A DNA stretch of 20,527 bases, from assembly GCA_038279365.1 (NCBI GenBank), contig JAYODI010000096.1, positions 1 through 20,527 of the forward strand, read 5' to 3'. The notes under the pieces were generated by a model, which was not told the DNA's origin, searched no databases, and worked only from the letters and a program-made list of their open reading frames with translations. This document shows positions 1 to 8,129 of this stretch, piece after piece. This DNA comes from Candidatus Latescibacterota bacterium (GTDB lineage: Bacteria; Latescibacterota; UBA2968). Position 1 is the stretch's first letter, and each line of letters begins with the position of its first letter. The translations under genes were made by a program, and so were the position numbers.

Positions 1-120
1 CCACACGAATTCCTCTGATAAGTCTTTAGACCTGTGCGTAAACATCTACAATATAAGCATACAATGAATAGGATAGTAAAGATAGAGGTTTTTTGCTTTA
101 AGTATTTGATGCCGTTTTTT

Positions 121-1980
121 TCAATTTGATTGTTTAATAAGCACTTCACAATCAATTTCTGAAACAGCTACCATCTGTTTTTCTCCATTTGGCCAAATGA
201 CCTGCAAAGACAAAACATCTGTGGCAGCGTCCAATCCAAATGTAATGGGCAATTCGACCTGCGATAAATAGCTGCGTGTGGGCATCACTTGACGGCGTTG
301 CATCTGATCATGTGTCTTCAATTCAACCCAAGCACCGATGGCATTTGGGTTGGGAAAATGACCTTCCAATTTAACCCGCAACCAGTGGTGTTTAAGTTGT
401 TGATCATTGCGCAACAACAAGGGAGAACCACCTATTTGAGTCAAAACCACATCGAGATCACCATCGGCATCAACATCGGCATAAGAAGCGCCACGACCAA
501 CGATCTGCTGAGTCAAGTCTCCTGTTGACACAACAGAAATGAACCCTGTCGTTTGATTGGGGCCAGCATTCCAAAAAAGTTGCGCAGCCTGTTTGAATGT
601 TTGGCTGGGATCCATCTTGTTGATTTCGTTTTCGATGTGACCATTGGCTTGAAGCATATCGAGTCGGCCATCGAGATCGTAGTCAAACAAAAACAACCCA
701 AACGTGAGCGCACGACGACTGGTCGCGCCAATGCCTGCACCAATGGCATCATCAACAAAAAAAGAAGGGTCATCTTGACTGACATAGACAGAAGTCATTT
801 CATTGGCAAAGTTGCCAATCATGAAGCCCAGATTTTGATCATTCCGAAAATGTGCCACATCAACACCCATTGCGCCAGTGGCATTGCCATCTGGGCCATA
901 AGCCAAACCATAAATTTCGCCAACTTCATCAAATGTACCATCTCTTTGATTGTGAAAGAAATAGTTTTTAACGGTATCGTTGGCAATAAATACATCCGAC
1001 CAACCATCTTGATCTGCATCAATAATTGCCAATGCCAGCGATTTGGCCTCGGGCAAGCCCGTTGCAGCATTCTGAATCTTTATACCACTTTCAGCAGACA
1101 CATCGGCAAACGTGCCATCCCCATTGTTGCGATACAGATAGGGAAAAGTGCCTTCGTAATTTTGTGGTGGGCCAAAAGCACGCCCCACGCCCGTGAGGCG
1201 AAAATCTAATTTTTGATCAATTTCTTTGGTCCAACGTACATAGTTGGTTACAAACAGATCCAGATCACCATCGTTGTCATAATCGAAAAAGCCCGCACTG
1301 GTACTCCATTCTTGATCTCGTCCAGCAACCCCAGCTTGATCGGTTATATCTATAAAACGACCCTTTTGGTTGTGAAACAGATGATTTTTTCCCACAGCCG
1401 TAAAAAAGATATCCGGCCATCCATTGCCATCATAGTCTGCAATGGCAACACCCATGCCATAAAAACTCACATCCAAACCAACCTGCTGGGTCACATTGTC
1501 AAATTGCCCGGCCCCATTGTTGCGATACAGTGCCATCGTGGGTTTGAATTTGGCTGGGGGGCGATGTGGCCAAGTGGATGAATTCACAAATAAAAGATCT
1601 TGGTCACCATCGTTGTCATAATCAAAAAAAGCCGTGCCCCCTCCCATCGTCTCTGGCAAAAGTTTGTCACCATAAGCGCCATTGAAATGCACAAAGTCAA
1701 TGCCCGCGGCCCGCGTGATATCGGTAAAGGTAACCTGAGGTACTGATATTTCTCGGGTAACCACTTCAGGTGCAGGGGCTTCTATAATCTGTTCGGGTAT
1801 TATTTCTTCAACTTCACGCGTGGCATAATATCCAATGGCAATCACAACAATAAGACTCCCAATAACAACCAACGACCACTTAAACGCCTTACCAATAATG
1901 GTATCGTCTTCAGGAACCCATTCCTCTTCGGAAGGATCCATCTCTTGAGTTGGTTTTTTTTGGGTCTCTTGCGTATTCAA
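121..1980 (-). CDS. CRTAC1-family protein (FG-GAP beta-propeller repeats + C-terminal ASPIC/UnbV domain) with N-terminal membrane anchor
   Basis: Repeated DxDxDGxxD motifs (DYDNDGDQDL, DYDGNGWPDI, DYDNDGDLDL, DADQDGWSDV, DYDLDGRLDM, DVDADGDLDV). The C-terminus (NAIGAWVEL...SYLSQVELPITFGL...VIWPNG) is ASPIC/UnbV-like, and WSLVVIGSLIVVIAIGYYA is a hydrophobic anchor. Start placed at TTG 1980, 8 nt from GGAGG (1989-1993); alternatives are TTG 1986 or ATG 1941. Confidence 0.85.
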   Translation of the reverse strand: MNTQETQKKPTQEMDPSEEEWVPEDDTIIGKAFKWSLVVIGSLIVVIAIGYYATREVEEIIPEQIIEAPAPEVVTREISVPQVTFTDITRAAGIDFVHFNGAYGDKLLPETMGGGTAFFDYDNDGDQDLLFVNSSTWPHRPPAKFKPTMALYRNNGAGQFDNVTQQVGLDVSFYGMGVAIADYDGNGWPDIFFTAVGKNHLFHNQKGRFIDITDQAGVAGRDQEWSTSAGFFDYDNDGDLDLFVTNYVRWTKEIDQKLDFRLTGVGRAFGPPQNYEGTFPYLYRNNGDGTFADVSAESGIKIQNAATGLPEAKSLALAIIDADQDGWSDVFIANDTVKNYFFHNQRDGTFDEVGEIYGLAYGPDGNATGAMGVDVAHFRNDQNLGFMIGNFANEMTSVYVSQDDPSFFVDDAIGAGIGATSRRALTFGLFLFDYDLDGRLDMLQANGHIENEINKMDPSQTFKQAAQLFWNAGPNQTTGFISVVSTGDLTQQIVGRGASYADVDADGDLDVVLTQIGGSPLLLRNDQQLKHHWLRVKLEGHFPNPNAIGAWVELKTHDQMQRRQVMPTRSYLSQVELPITFGLDAATDVLSLQVIWPNGEKQMVAVSEIDCEVLIKQSN

Positions 1981-1982
1981 AA

Positions 1983-4838
1983 TCAATTCCTCCGTTGTGC
2001 ATCAGCTTTGTCGGCCAAATTCATTGGGGGTTTAAGTTCAAACGATGCGGCTTGGCGCGTTTGGGTCCTTTCATAGGCCTCATTGCGACCCAAATCGTAA
2101 ATCACCACGGCCTCAGCCGCGTGGTTGGCTGCAGGATCTTTGCTGCGTGCCAAAACCAAAGCCCGATCGCGCGCATTGTCATCGGGTTTGTAGTCTTGAT
2201 ACAACGCCAAATGCATTTTGCCTTTTTCGTGATCACCCAACTGTCGATAAATGAGGCTCAAGTTATAATGCGCGGTCATATTTTCAGGGTCTAACTTCAA
2301 CGCCCGATCAAAATAACCCAATGCTTGATTTAAAAATTCCTCTTGCAAAACCTTATTCACGTCACCACGCTCTTGTTTGGCCCGCTCATAAATCGTCTGA
2401 CCCAGTTCATTGAGCAACTGATAATCTTGGCTAAAGTCAAATTCGCGCCGACGTGTCTCTTCATCATCACCATCCACAATGCTCTTAAAGTTGGCAATGG
2501 CCTCGTCGAGATATCCGTTTTGTTTATTCACCAAACCCGTAAACCAAGACACCGACCAAGGTGGTGCGGGAGGGTCAAAGCTTGCCGCGCGCTGCAAAGC
2601 TTCAATGGCTTTGTCTTCCACCGTACCTTGCGCAATATAAACCCGTGCCAAATTTAAGGGGCCATCGGGTCGTCCCAAAGCCTCCACCTGTGCAAATGCG
2701 GCTTCTGCTTGGCGCAGTTCGCCTTTGGTTTTGCCACCCTTGCGCAAAAGCCCAATACCATAATCGTTCCAACGCTGCCATTCTACAATGGACGATGGCA
2801 CATTTTGAACCGCCACATCCACACCCTTTACAGGAAATATCAGTTCATCTTTTGCCAAGGTCAAAATGGGCAAGTCATTGACATAATCATTGCCAAAAAC
2901 ATACTTCATATAAGTGGTATCAAACTTGCGATATTGCAAACGCACTTCAACCTTAACAGGTGCCTGAGCATCTTTGGGCACCTGCAACAAATAGTGCACC
3001 GCATCGGCAGCACCTGGTGGAATTTGGTGGTTGTATAAGGGCACAAAAATATCCTGTGCATTGCGCCGATCAATGCGATTGCCGTGGCGATCCAACACAT
3101 AGGCATTAACAAAATGTGACCACGGATCCACCGCATTGTCTTTGCCCATGCCACCACTGCGTCCAATAACGGCATCACCACAGGTCACCAAAATATCGAG
3201 CCAAATTTCATTCGAATCTGCCGTACCTTGTGTAAACAAGTGCCCCATTTTCATCGTTCGAATAATCACATCGAGCAAATAAGCGTTGCCAGGCATTAAA
3301 ACAGGTACCTCAGGGCGCAAGGGTGCAAATTGTTTGCCATCAATTTGCCCACCTTCTCTCAGGCTAAAAATATCAAGCCGCATCACACCGTCATTAAATT
3401 TGCGATGTGCTTCATTCACCCAATCTGGCAAATCCAAAATATGTGGAATAGCCGTATTGGCCGTTGGAAACATGTGGTCGTGTATTTTGGTCTCACCCGA
3501 TCCATCAAAATCTTTGGCCGAAAATTGATTCGAGTTTTCCAAACGCATATGGCACGTATTACAATCGTGCGTGGCTTTGGGTGGATAATAAAAGCTCGTA
3601 ATGCCATGACCAGACACCCCACTCAAATGATAGGCGTCATAGTGATTTTGTCCACGCAACCATTTGTACTTGTTGAGCTCTTTGGGCAAATGCACCTTGT
3701 GACAAGTGCCACAAAATTCTGCACTTTTATGCAGGGGTTTCAAAAATGTTTTTTTGTGCAACTCGGGTTTGGCCTTCACCAACTGCTGGTTGACCCATTG
3801 CAACGTAGGGTTTTTGCTAAAAGCAAAAGGATAGTGAACAGGTTCTTCAATGGTATAATCGCTGTTGCCACGCGCACTGTTTAGATGTGTAATGGCATGA
3901 CACACGGTGCAGGTGATGCCTGCTTGAGAGGTTGGATCATTCACATCATCAAAGTTGGGATCGTCAAACTTTCCCGAAAAAAACACCACAGGATCGTGGC
4001 ATCCTGCACAAAACCGAGACGCCTGCAAATCGCCATCGCGCTCCAAAGACACTTTGCGTGTTTCGCGCACTGAAAACAAATAGGGCGGATTGTTAAATGA
4101 ACTAAACCGATGCACACTATTGGCCCAGCCACGATGGCTGTCTTCGTGGCATTTTTGGCAATATTGATCGTTCATCAACACACGTTCAGGAATAAAATCA
4201 CCCGTAGCGGTACGCGCCAGAGAAGGAAAGAAATATTGCTCACCCGATTTGGGGCCCACCACACTCCAAGCACGAGGATCTTGAGCTTGCCAAATGAGCA
4301 TCACAACACCAAACACAGCAGCCACAGCGCCCCAGCGCAAACCAATACGCCATTTGATGCGTCGGCCTGCCAAACGATGCAGCACAAACAACCAAGCTGC
4401 CACAATCGGCGCAATCACATGTGCCCAATAAGCCGCAGAACGAACCGCTGGATCATGAACAACAACAACACCTTCCAACCGCGTCAACACAATGCCGCTG
4501 ATCAAAAGAATGAGTGCTGCAGCAAACAAACCATAACCCACCCTAACCGCACGTCGGTTGCGCCGGTTGTGGGCATTTTTGATATGGGCAATACCAAAAA
4601 TAATGATGGGCAAAACGATCAATGCACCCAACAACAAGTGCACAATGAACATATTCATATAAAACCAGTTTTGGTAGGTGCGTTCCGTAACCGCTTCCAT
4701 CACCGTCACACCGACCAGATAAACCGAATTGATGGTCAGCAAAGCAAAAAAACCAAACACCACAAACAGCAATTTTTTGAGCCTGTCACCAACGGCAGGC
4801 ACATATTTTTTACGACCATCTGGTATTTCCGAATTCAT
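1983..4838 (-). CDS. Membrane-bound multiheme c-type cytochrome (5 CxxCH) with N-terminal cytochrome-b-like transmembrane region and C-terminal TPR repeats
   Basis: CxxCH motifs at 4146-4160 (CQKCH), 3996-4010 (CAGCH), 3897-3911 (CTVCH), 3699-3713 (CGTCH) and 3549-3563 (CNTCH). About five N-terminal hydrophobic helices carry four His. The C-terminus is TPR-like (ALGYFDRALKLDPENMTAHYNLSLIYRQLG). Start placed at ATG 4838 with GGAGG at 4844-4848; the ORF track starts at 4865. Confidence 0.85.
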   Translation of the reverse strand: MNSEIPDGRKKYVPAVGDRLKKLLFVVFGFFALLTINSVYLVGVTVMEAVTERTYQNWFYMNMFIVHLLLGALIVLPIIIFGIAHIKNAHNRRNRRAVRVGYGLFAAALILLISGIVLTRLEGVVVVHDPAVRSAAYWAHVIAPIVAAWLFVLHRLAGRRIKWRIGLRWGAVAAVFGVVMLIWQAQDPRAWSVVGPKSGEQYFFPSLARTATGDFIPERVLMNDQYCQKCHEDSHRGWANSVHRFSSFNNPPYLFSVRETRKVSLERDGDLQASRFCAGCHDPVVFFSGKFDDPNFDDVNDPTSQAGITCTVCHAITHLNSARGNSDYTIEEPVHYPFAFSKNPTLQWVNQQLVKAKPELHKKTFLKPLHKSAEFCGTCHKVHLPKELNKYKWLRGQNHYDAYHLSGVSGHGITSFYYPPKATHDCNTCHMRLENSNQFSAKDFDGSGETKIHDHMFPTANTAIPHILDLPDWVNEAHRKFNDGVMRLDIFSLREGGQIDGKQFAPLRPEVPVLMPGNAYLLDVIIRTMKMGHLFTQGTADSNEIWLDILVTCGDAVIGRSGGMGKDNAVDPWSHFVNAYVLDRHGNRIDRRNAQDIFVPLYNHQIPPGAADAVHYLLQVPKDAQAPVKVEVRLQYRKFDTTYMKYVFGNDYVNDLPILTLAKDELIFPVKGVDVAVQNVPSSIVEWQRWNDYGIGLLRKGGKTKGELRQAEAAFAQVEALGRPDGPLNLARVYIAQGTVEDKAIEALQRAASFDPPAPPWSVSWFTGLVNKQNGYLDEAIANFKSIVDGDDEETRRREFDFSQDYQLLNELGQTIYERAKQERGDVNKVLQEEFLNQALGYFDRALKLDPENMTAHYNLSLIYRQLGDHEKGKMHLALYQDYKPDDNARDRALVLARSKDPAANHAAEAVVIYDLGRNEAYERTQTRQAASFELKPPMNLADKADAQRRN

Positions 4839-4863
4839 CAACGCCTCCGAACAACGATGTAGC

Positions 4864-4892
4864 AAAAAGAATGCAGAAAGATCTCTTCATTC
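4864..4892 (-). terminator. Weak terminator-like hairpin with U-tract between the 1068-aa gene and the cytochrome gene
   Basis: Minus strand reads GAATGAAGA-GATCTT-TCTGCATTC-TTTTT: a 9-bp stem with one mismatch, a 6-nt loop and 5 T. The stem is AU-rich and therefore weak. Confidence 0.3.
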
Positions 4893-4922
4893 CAATTTTA
4901 TTTTGGCCCACCCCAAACACCC

Positions 4923-7900
4923 TTAAGGTTTTGAAACAATGCGATTCTCATGGAGATAGAGTGGGCGAATCAAACGCAGTGCCGGACGTGTGTTGTATAT
5001 TTCTAAATAACGTTGGTGAATACCATCACGGGGAAAAACGTGTGGTGCTTCATAAGGATATTGTGGCATCTCATGGTAAGGCAAAGGTGCCACTGTTTGT
5101 GAAAACGCGGTATTGGCATCGCCATCTTTGGCCCACCCATCGACCATCAACAAATAATCGCGCCGCCAACCCTCCGCCAACTCAGGCAACACCTCCGCAT
5201 CAAATGCCAACTGCAATTCATCACCAGATCCCATAATGACCAACAAATCATCTACTTGATTCAAAAGGGTCTGCACCTGACCAAAGCACGTGTACATCCC
5301 AGGTGTCGGGTTCCAGTTCCAGTCATTAAAGGGACGAAAGTCACTGTAAACAAAATATTCGGGCTGTTTGCGCTGAGGGTGAATCACAACCTTTGAAAAA
5401 CCTCTAAAACCCAAATGAGCAGTTTGAGGAAGCATCTCTGTCAACCTTACCGATGGCGCACTCGGGTTTTCACCCAAGAAAATCTCATCCCAATAAACAC
5501 ATAAATTGGTCACAATGCGCACCTGCCGCGACGCACTCAAAAATTTGTCTGACAAATCAACGGAAATGGTCTTGGGTTTGCCTGCCGGAAGACCCATATC
5601 TGCAATCACAGTCTCCCAATCACCTTGTGCATTTTTCACCTGCAAATAAGGGAAAATTAAACCCTCGGGATTTTGTTGTCCCACATTCAAAAATGTACTG
5701 CCATCGGCCCAATCGACCCACCCATTCAAAATCATCACGGCCTGACCATCTTGCGCCACATGGCCAAAGTCCAGTTCCACATAATGCAACTCAGCCACAC
5801 CCGAATAATCTCGTGTAAATCCATCGGGATACGTTTTGTCTTTGGCCGTCAACTGGGCCAAAACATCTTGGCCTTTGTGATCCAAAGCCCGAATAGGATA
5901 CATGCGTTCTTCAACACCAAACAACCGAAACTCGGGAAACGGTGGCCCCTTAAACTTATCATTGGTAAAAACATCCACATCATCACGATGATCAATCGCA
6001 ATCAACTTAACCGCATCCAAAAAAGCAACTTCTCGCAACTCTTCTGTCACACGGATTTGAAACAGTCCATCTTTAGGGACCAGCGATTCGCCCGAAATTT
6101 GTACATATTCATCGTGATCAACCGGAAAATACTGACCATCGCCCGCACTTGCACCCAATGGTGCAACACCCAACACATCGGTAATAAACTCAAACTCTGA
6201 CCCATTCCAGGTAAAAATCATTGGGCACGACCCCGAAAGCCGTTGTGCCTCCTTATAAACATGTAACTGATTAGCCAGCTGCCGTGTTTCATTTTGAATC
6301 ATGCCATTGGGCCAAGTAATGCGCACCGCATCGGCTTGATCTTTATCGCCCAGCCCAAACAAAAGCGGCAGCCCGCGATAAATCTGCTTTTGATACTGTC
6401 TGCCGACCTTCACTTCAATTTCGGCACTGGGTGCAAGGGCCAAATTTTTAACCCCTTGCAAAGCCACGCGCAACCAGTGTTTGGCTTCTGTTCTGTTATC
6501 CAGTCGTTTTACCGCACCATCCCTATCCAACACGGCCAAATCTATGCGACCATCCCCATCAAAATCGGCAGCAACCCAATCGTGTGCAGTCACAAATTCT
6601 GCTGGTGTTTCCACACCACCAAATTTTCCCAAACCCAAATTGCGATATACACCATCACGAGCAACCAGTTCGGCAACCGCTCGATTTTCAAAATCGGCAA
6701 AAACAGCTGGTCCTCGCACATCGTTGGCCATTTTGTGAACAACAAAACCCGCATCTTGATCATTCATAAACAACACCACACCCGCATCACCCGCTCCAAC
6801 AAGATCTGTCCATCCATCGTGATTAAAATCAACAGCCAATACCTGTGACCCTGTTAGCTCTGGCAAATCTTGTGCGTCATATTTACCCGCCAACCCATCG
6901 CGATACAACACCCCAACACGATTGGCATATACCACAGCCAAATCCATTCCCTGTGTATCGGCCACCCAATCAAACTGCACACCCGCAACAGCTTCTCCAT
7001 CGACAAAAGGAAACGTCTCTGTCACATCAGAAAACCCAGCCGTGCCATTGTTGCGAAACAGTGCCGATGCATGACCCAACAAAAACAAATCCAGATCATA
7101 ATCGTGATCATAATCCAACCACACCGCACTGCGAAACTCTCGTTGGGGCAATGCCCTATCAACCTTTTTAAAAGCCCCATCAACATTGCGATAAAGCACG
7201 GCGCCTGAAGTTTGAATCACACACAAATCAATTGCACCATCGTTGTCAAAATCACTTGGTGCAACCGATACCATATCAACCACGCCTTCTAACCCACATT
7301 CTGTTTCTGTTTGGCCATTTAAAAAAACGGTTCCGCCCGTTTGTGACCACACCAACAAATCTGGAGTCAAATCACCATTGGCATCCAAAACAGCAAACCC
7401 ACTCATATTCACAGCCAACGTTTGTGCTTCAAATTTCCAAGCCGCTTGAGATCCTGTATCTTGTGCATGTTTGGGATCAATCGTTTCATAAATTTCCGAA
7501 TAAAAACTCCATTCCAAATCTTCGGCAACCGCATCACCCGCTTGTTCGGCCTTAATACGGCGAAACGTTTCCATTGCTGTTTTGGCATCGTCCATTCGTT
7601 TCACCTGGCGATATGCTGTGGCCAACTGAAAATGAGGGCCTGCCAAATAAGGATCCAATTGTGCCGCTTTGGCAAAATGTGTAATTGCCAGATCGTTTTT
7701 CTTCTCCAACTTATACAGCACACCCAAATTGTAATGGGTCATGGCTTCATTGGGCACCAATTGAATCATACCTTCCAATTGTTCAATTGCTTTTTCATAT
7801 TGCGACAAACGTTTATACGCAATGCCCAAATTAAACCACGTATGCGGAATGGATGGATCTTGTTTTTGCGCTTTTTCAAGTTCGGCAATACCTTCAGGCT

Positions 7901-8129
7901 CTTGCCCTGCACGCATGAGTGCCAGCCCATAATTGATCTGCTCTCGAACCGAATCAGGGGCCAAGTCGAACGCCTTTTTAAACTCGCCCACAGCCTCGTA
8001 TTGTGTTGCAGAATTTTCATAAAACGCCTTGCCCAAATTGCGATGTCGCCACAAGGCCTCATCTGTCGTTTCAGAAAACACCACCAAAGGCAAACACCAC
8101 AACACCATCAAAAACCCATACAATCTCAT
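4923..8129 (-). CDS. Exported TPR + FG-GAP + ASPIC/UnbV multidomain protein with a long C-terminal domain of unknown function
   Basis: Signal-peptide-like N-terminus (MRLYGFLMVLWCLPLVVFS). About five TPR units (TWFNLGIAYKRLSQYEKAIEQLE; THYNLGVLYKLEKKNDLAITHFAKA). FG-GAP motifs (DFDNDGAIDL, DYDHDYDLDL, DFNHDGWTDL, DFDGDGRIDL), a UnbV-like segment (PLLFGLG...VRITWPNG), then about 435 aa starting SGSCP. ATGA overlap with the upstream gene at 8126-8129. Confidence 0.85.
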   Translation of the reverse strand: MRLYGFLMVLWCLPLVVFSETTDEALWRHRNLGKAFYENSATQYEAVGEFKKAFDLAPDSVREQINYGLALMRAGQEPEGIAELEKAQKQDPSIPHTWFNLGIAYKRLSQYEKAIEQLEGMIQLVPNEAMTHYNLGVLYKLEKKNDLAITHFAKAAQLDPYLAGPHFQLATAYRQVKRMDDAKTAMETFRRIKAEQAGDAVAEDLEWSFYSEIYETIDPKHAQDTGSQAAWKFEAQTLAVNMSGFAVLDANGDLTPDLLVWSQTGGTVFLNGQTETECGLEGVVDMVSVAPSDFDNDGAIDLCVIQTSGAVLYRNVDGAFKKVDRALPQREFRSAVWLDYDHDYDLDLFLLGHASALFRNNGTAGFSDVTETFPFVDGEAVAGVQFDWVADTQGMDLAVVYANRVGVLYRDGLAGKYDAQDLPELTGSQVLAVDFNHDGWTDLVGAGDAGVVLFMNDQDAGFVVHKMANDVRGPAVFADFENRAVAELVARDGVYRNLGLGKFGGVETPAEFVTAHDWVAADFDGDGRIDLAVLDRDGAVKRLDNRTEAKHWLRVALQGVKNLALAPSAEIEVKVGRQYQKQIYRGLPLLFGLGDKDQADAVRITWPNGMIQNETRQLANQLHVYKEAQRLSGSCPMIFTWNGSEFEFITDVLGVAPLGASAGDGQYFPVDHDEYVQISGESLVPKDGLFQIRVTEELREVAFLDAVKLIAIDHRDDVDVFTNDKFKGPPFPEFRLFGVEERMYPIRALDHKGQDVLAQLTAKDKTYPDGFTRDYSGVAELHYVELDFGHVAQDGQAVMILNGWVDWADGSTFLNVGQQNPEGLIFPYLQVKNAQGDWETVIADMGLPAGKPKTISVDLSDKFLSASRQVRIVTNLCVYWDEIFLGENPSAPSVRLTEMLPQTAHLGFRGFSKVVIHPQRKQPEYFVYSDFRPFNDWNWNPTPGMYTCFGQVQTLLNQVDDLLVIMGSGDELQLAFDAEVLPELAEGWRRDYLLMVDGWAKDGDANTAFSQTVAPLPYHEMPQYPYEAPHVFPRDGIHQRYLEIYNTRPALRLIRPLYLHENRIVSKP

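Noticed and set aside
1-16. Possible start of a further minus-strand gene (AGAGGA at 16-11, GTG at 6-4 or 4-2)
   Set aside because: At most two codons are visible at the window edge, so it cannot be supported.
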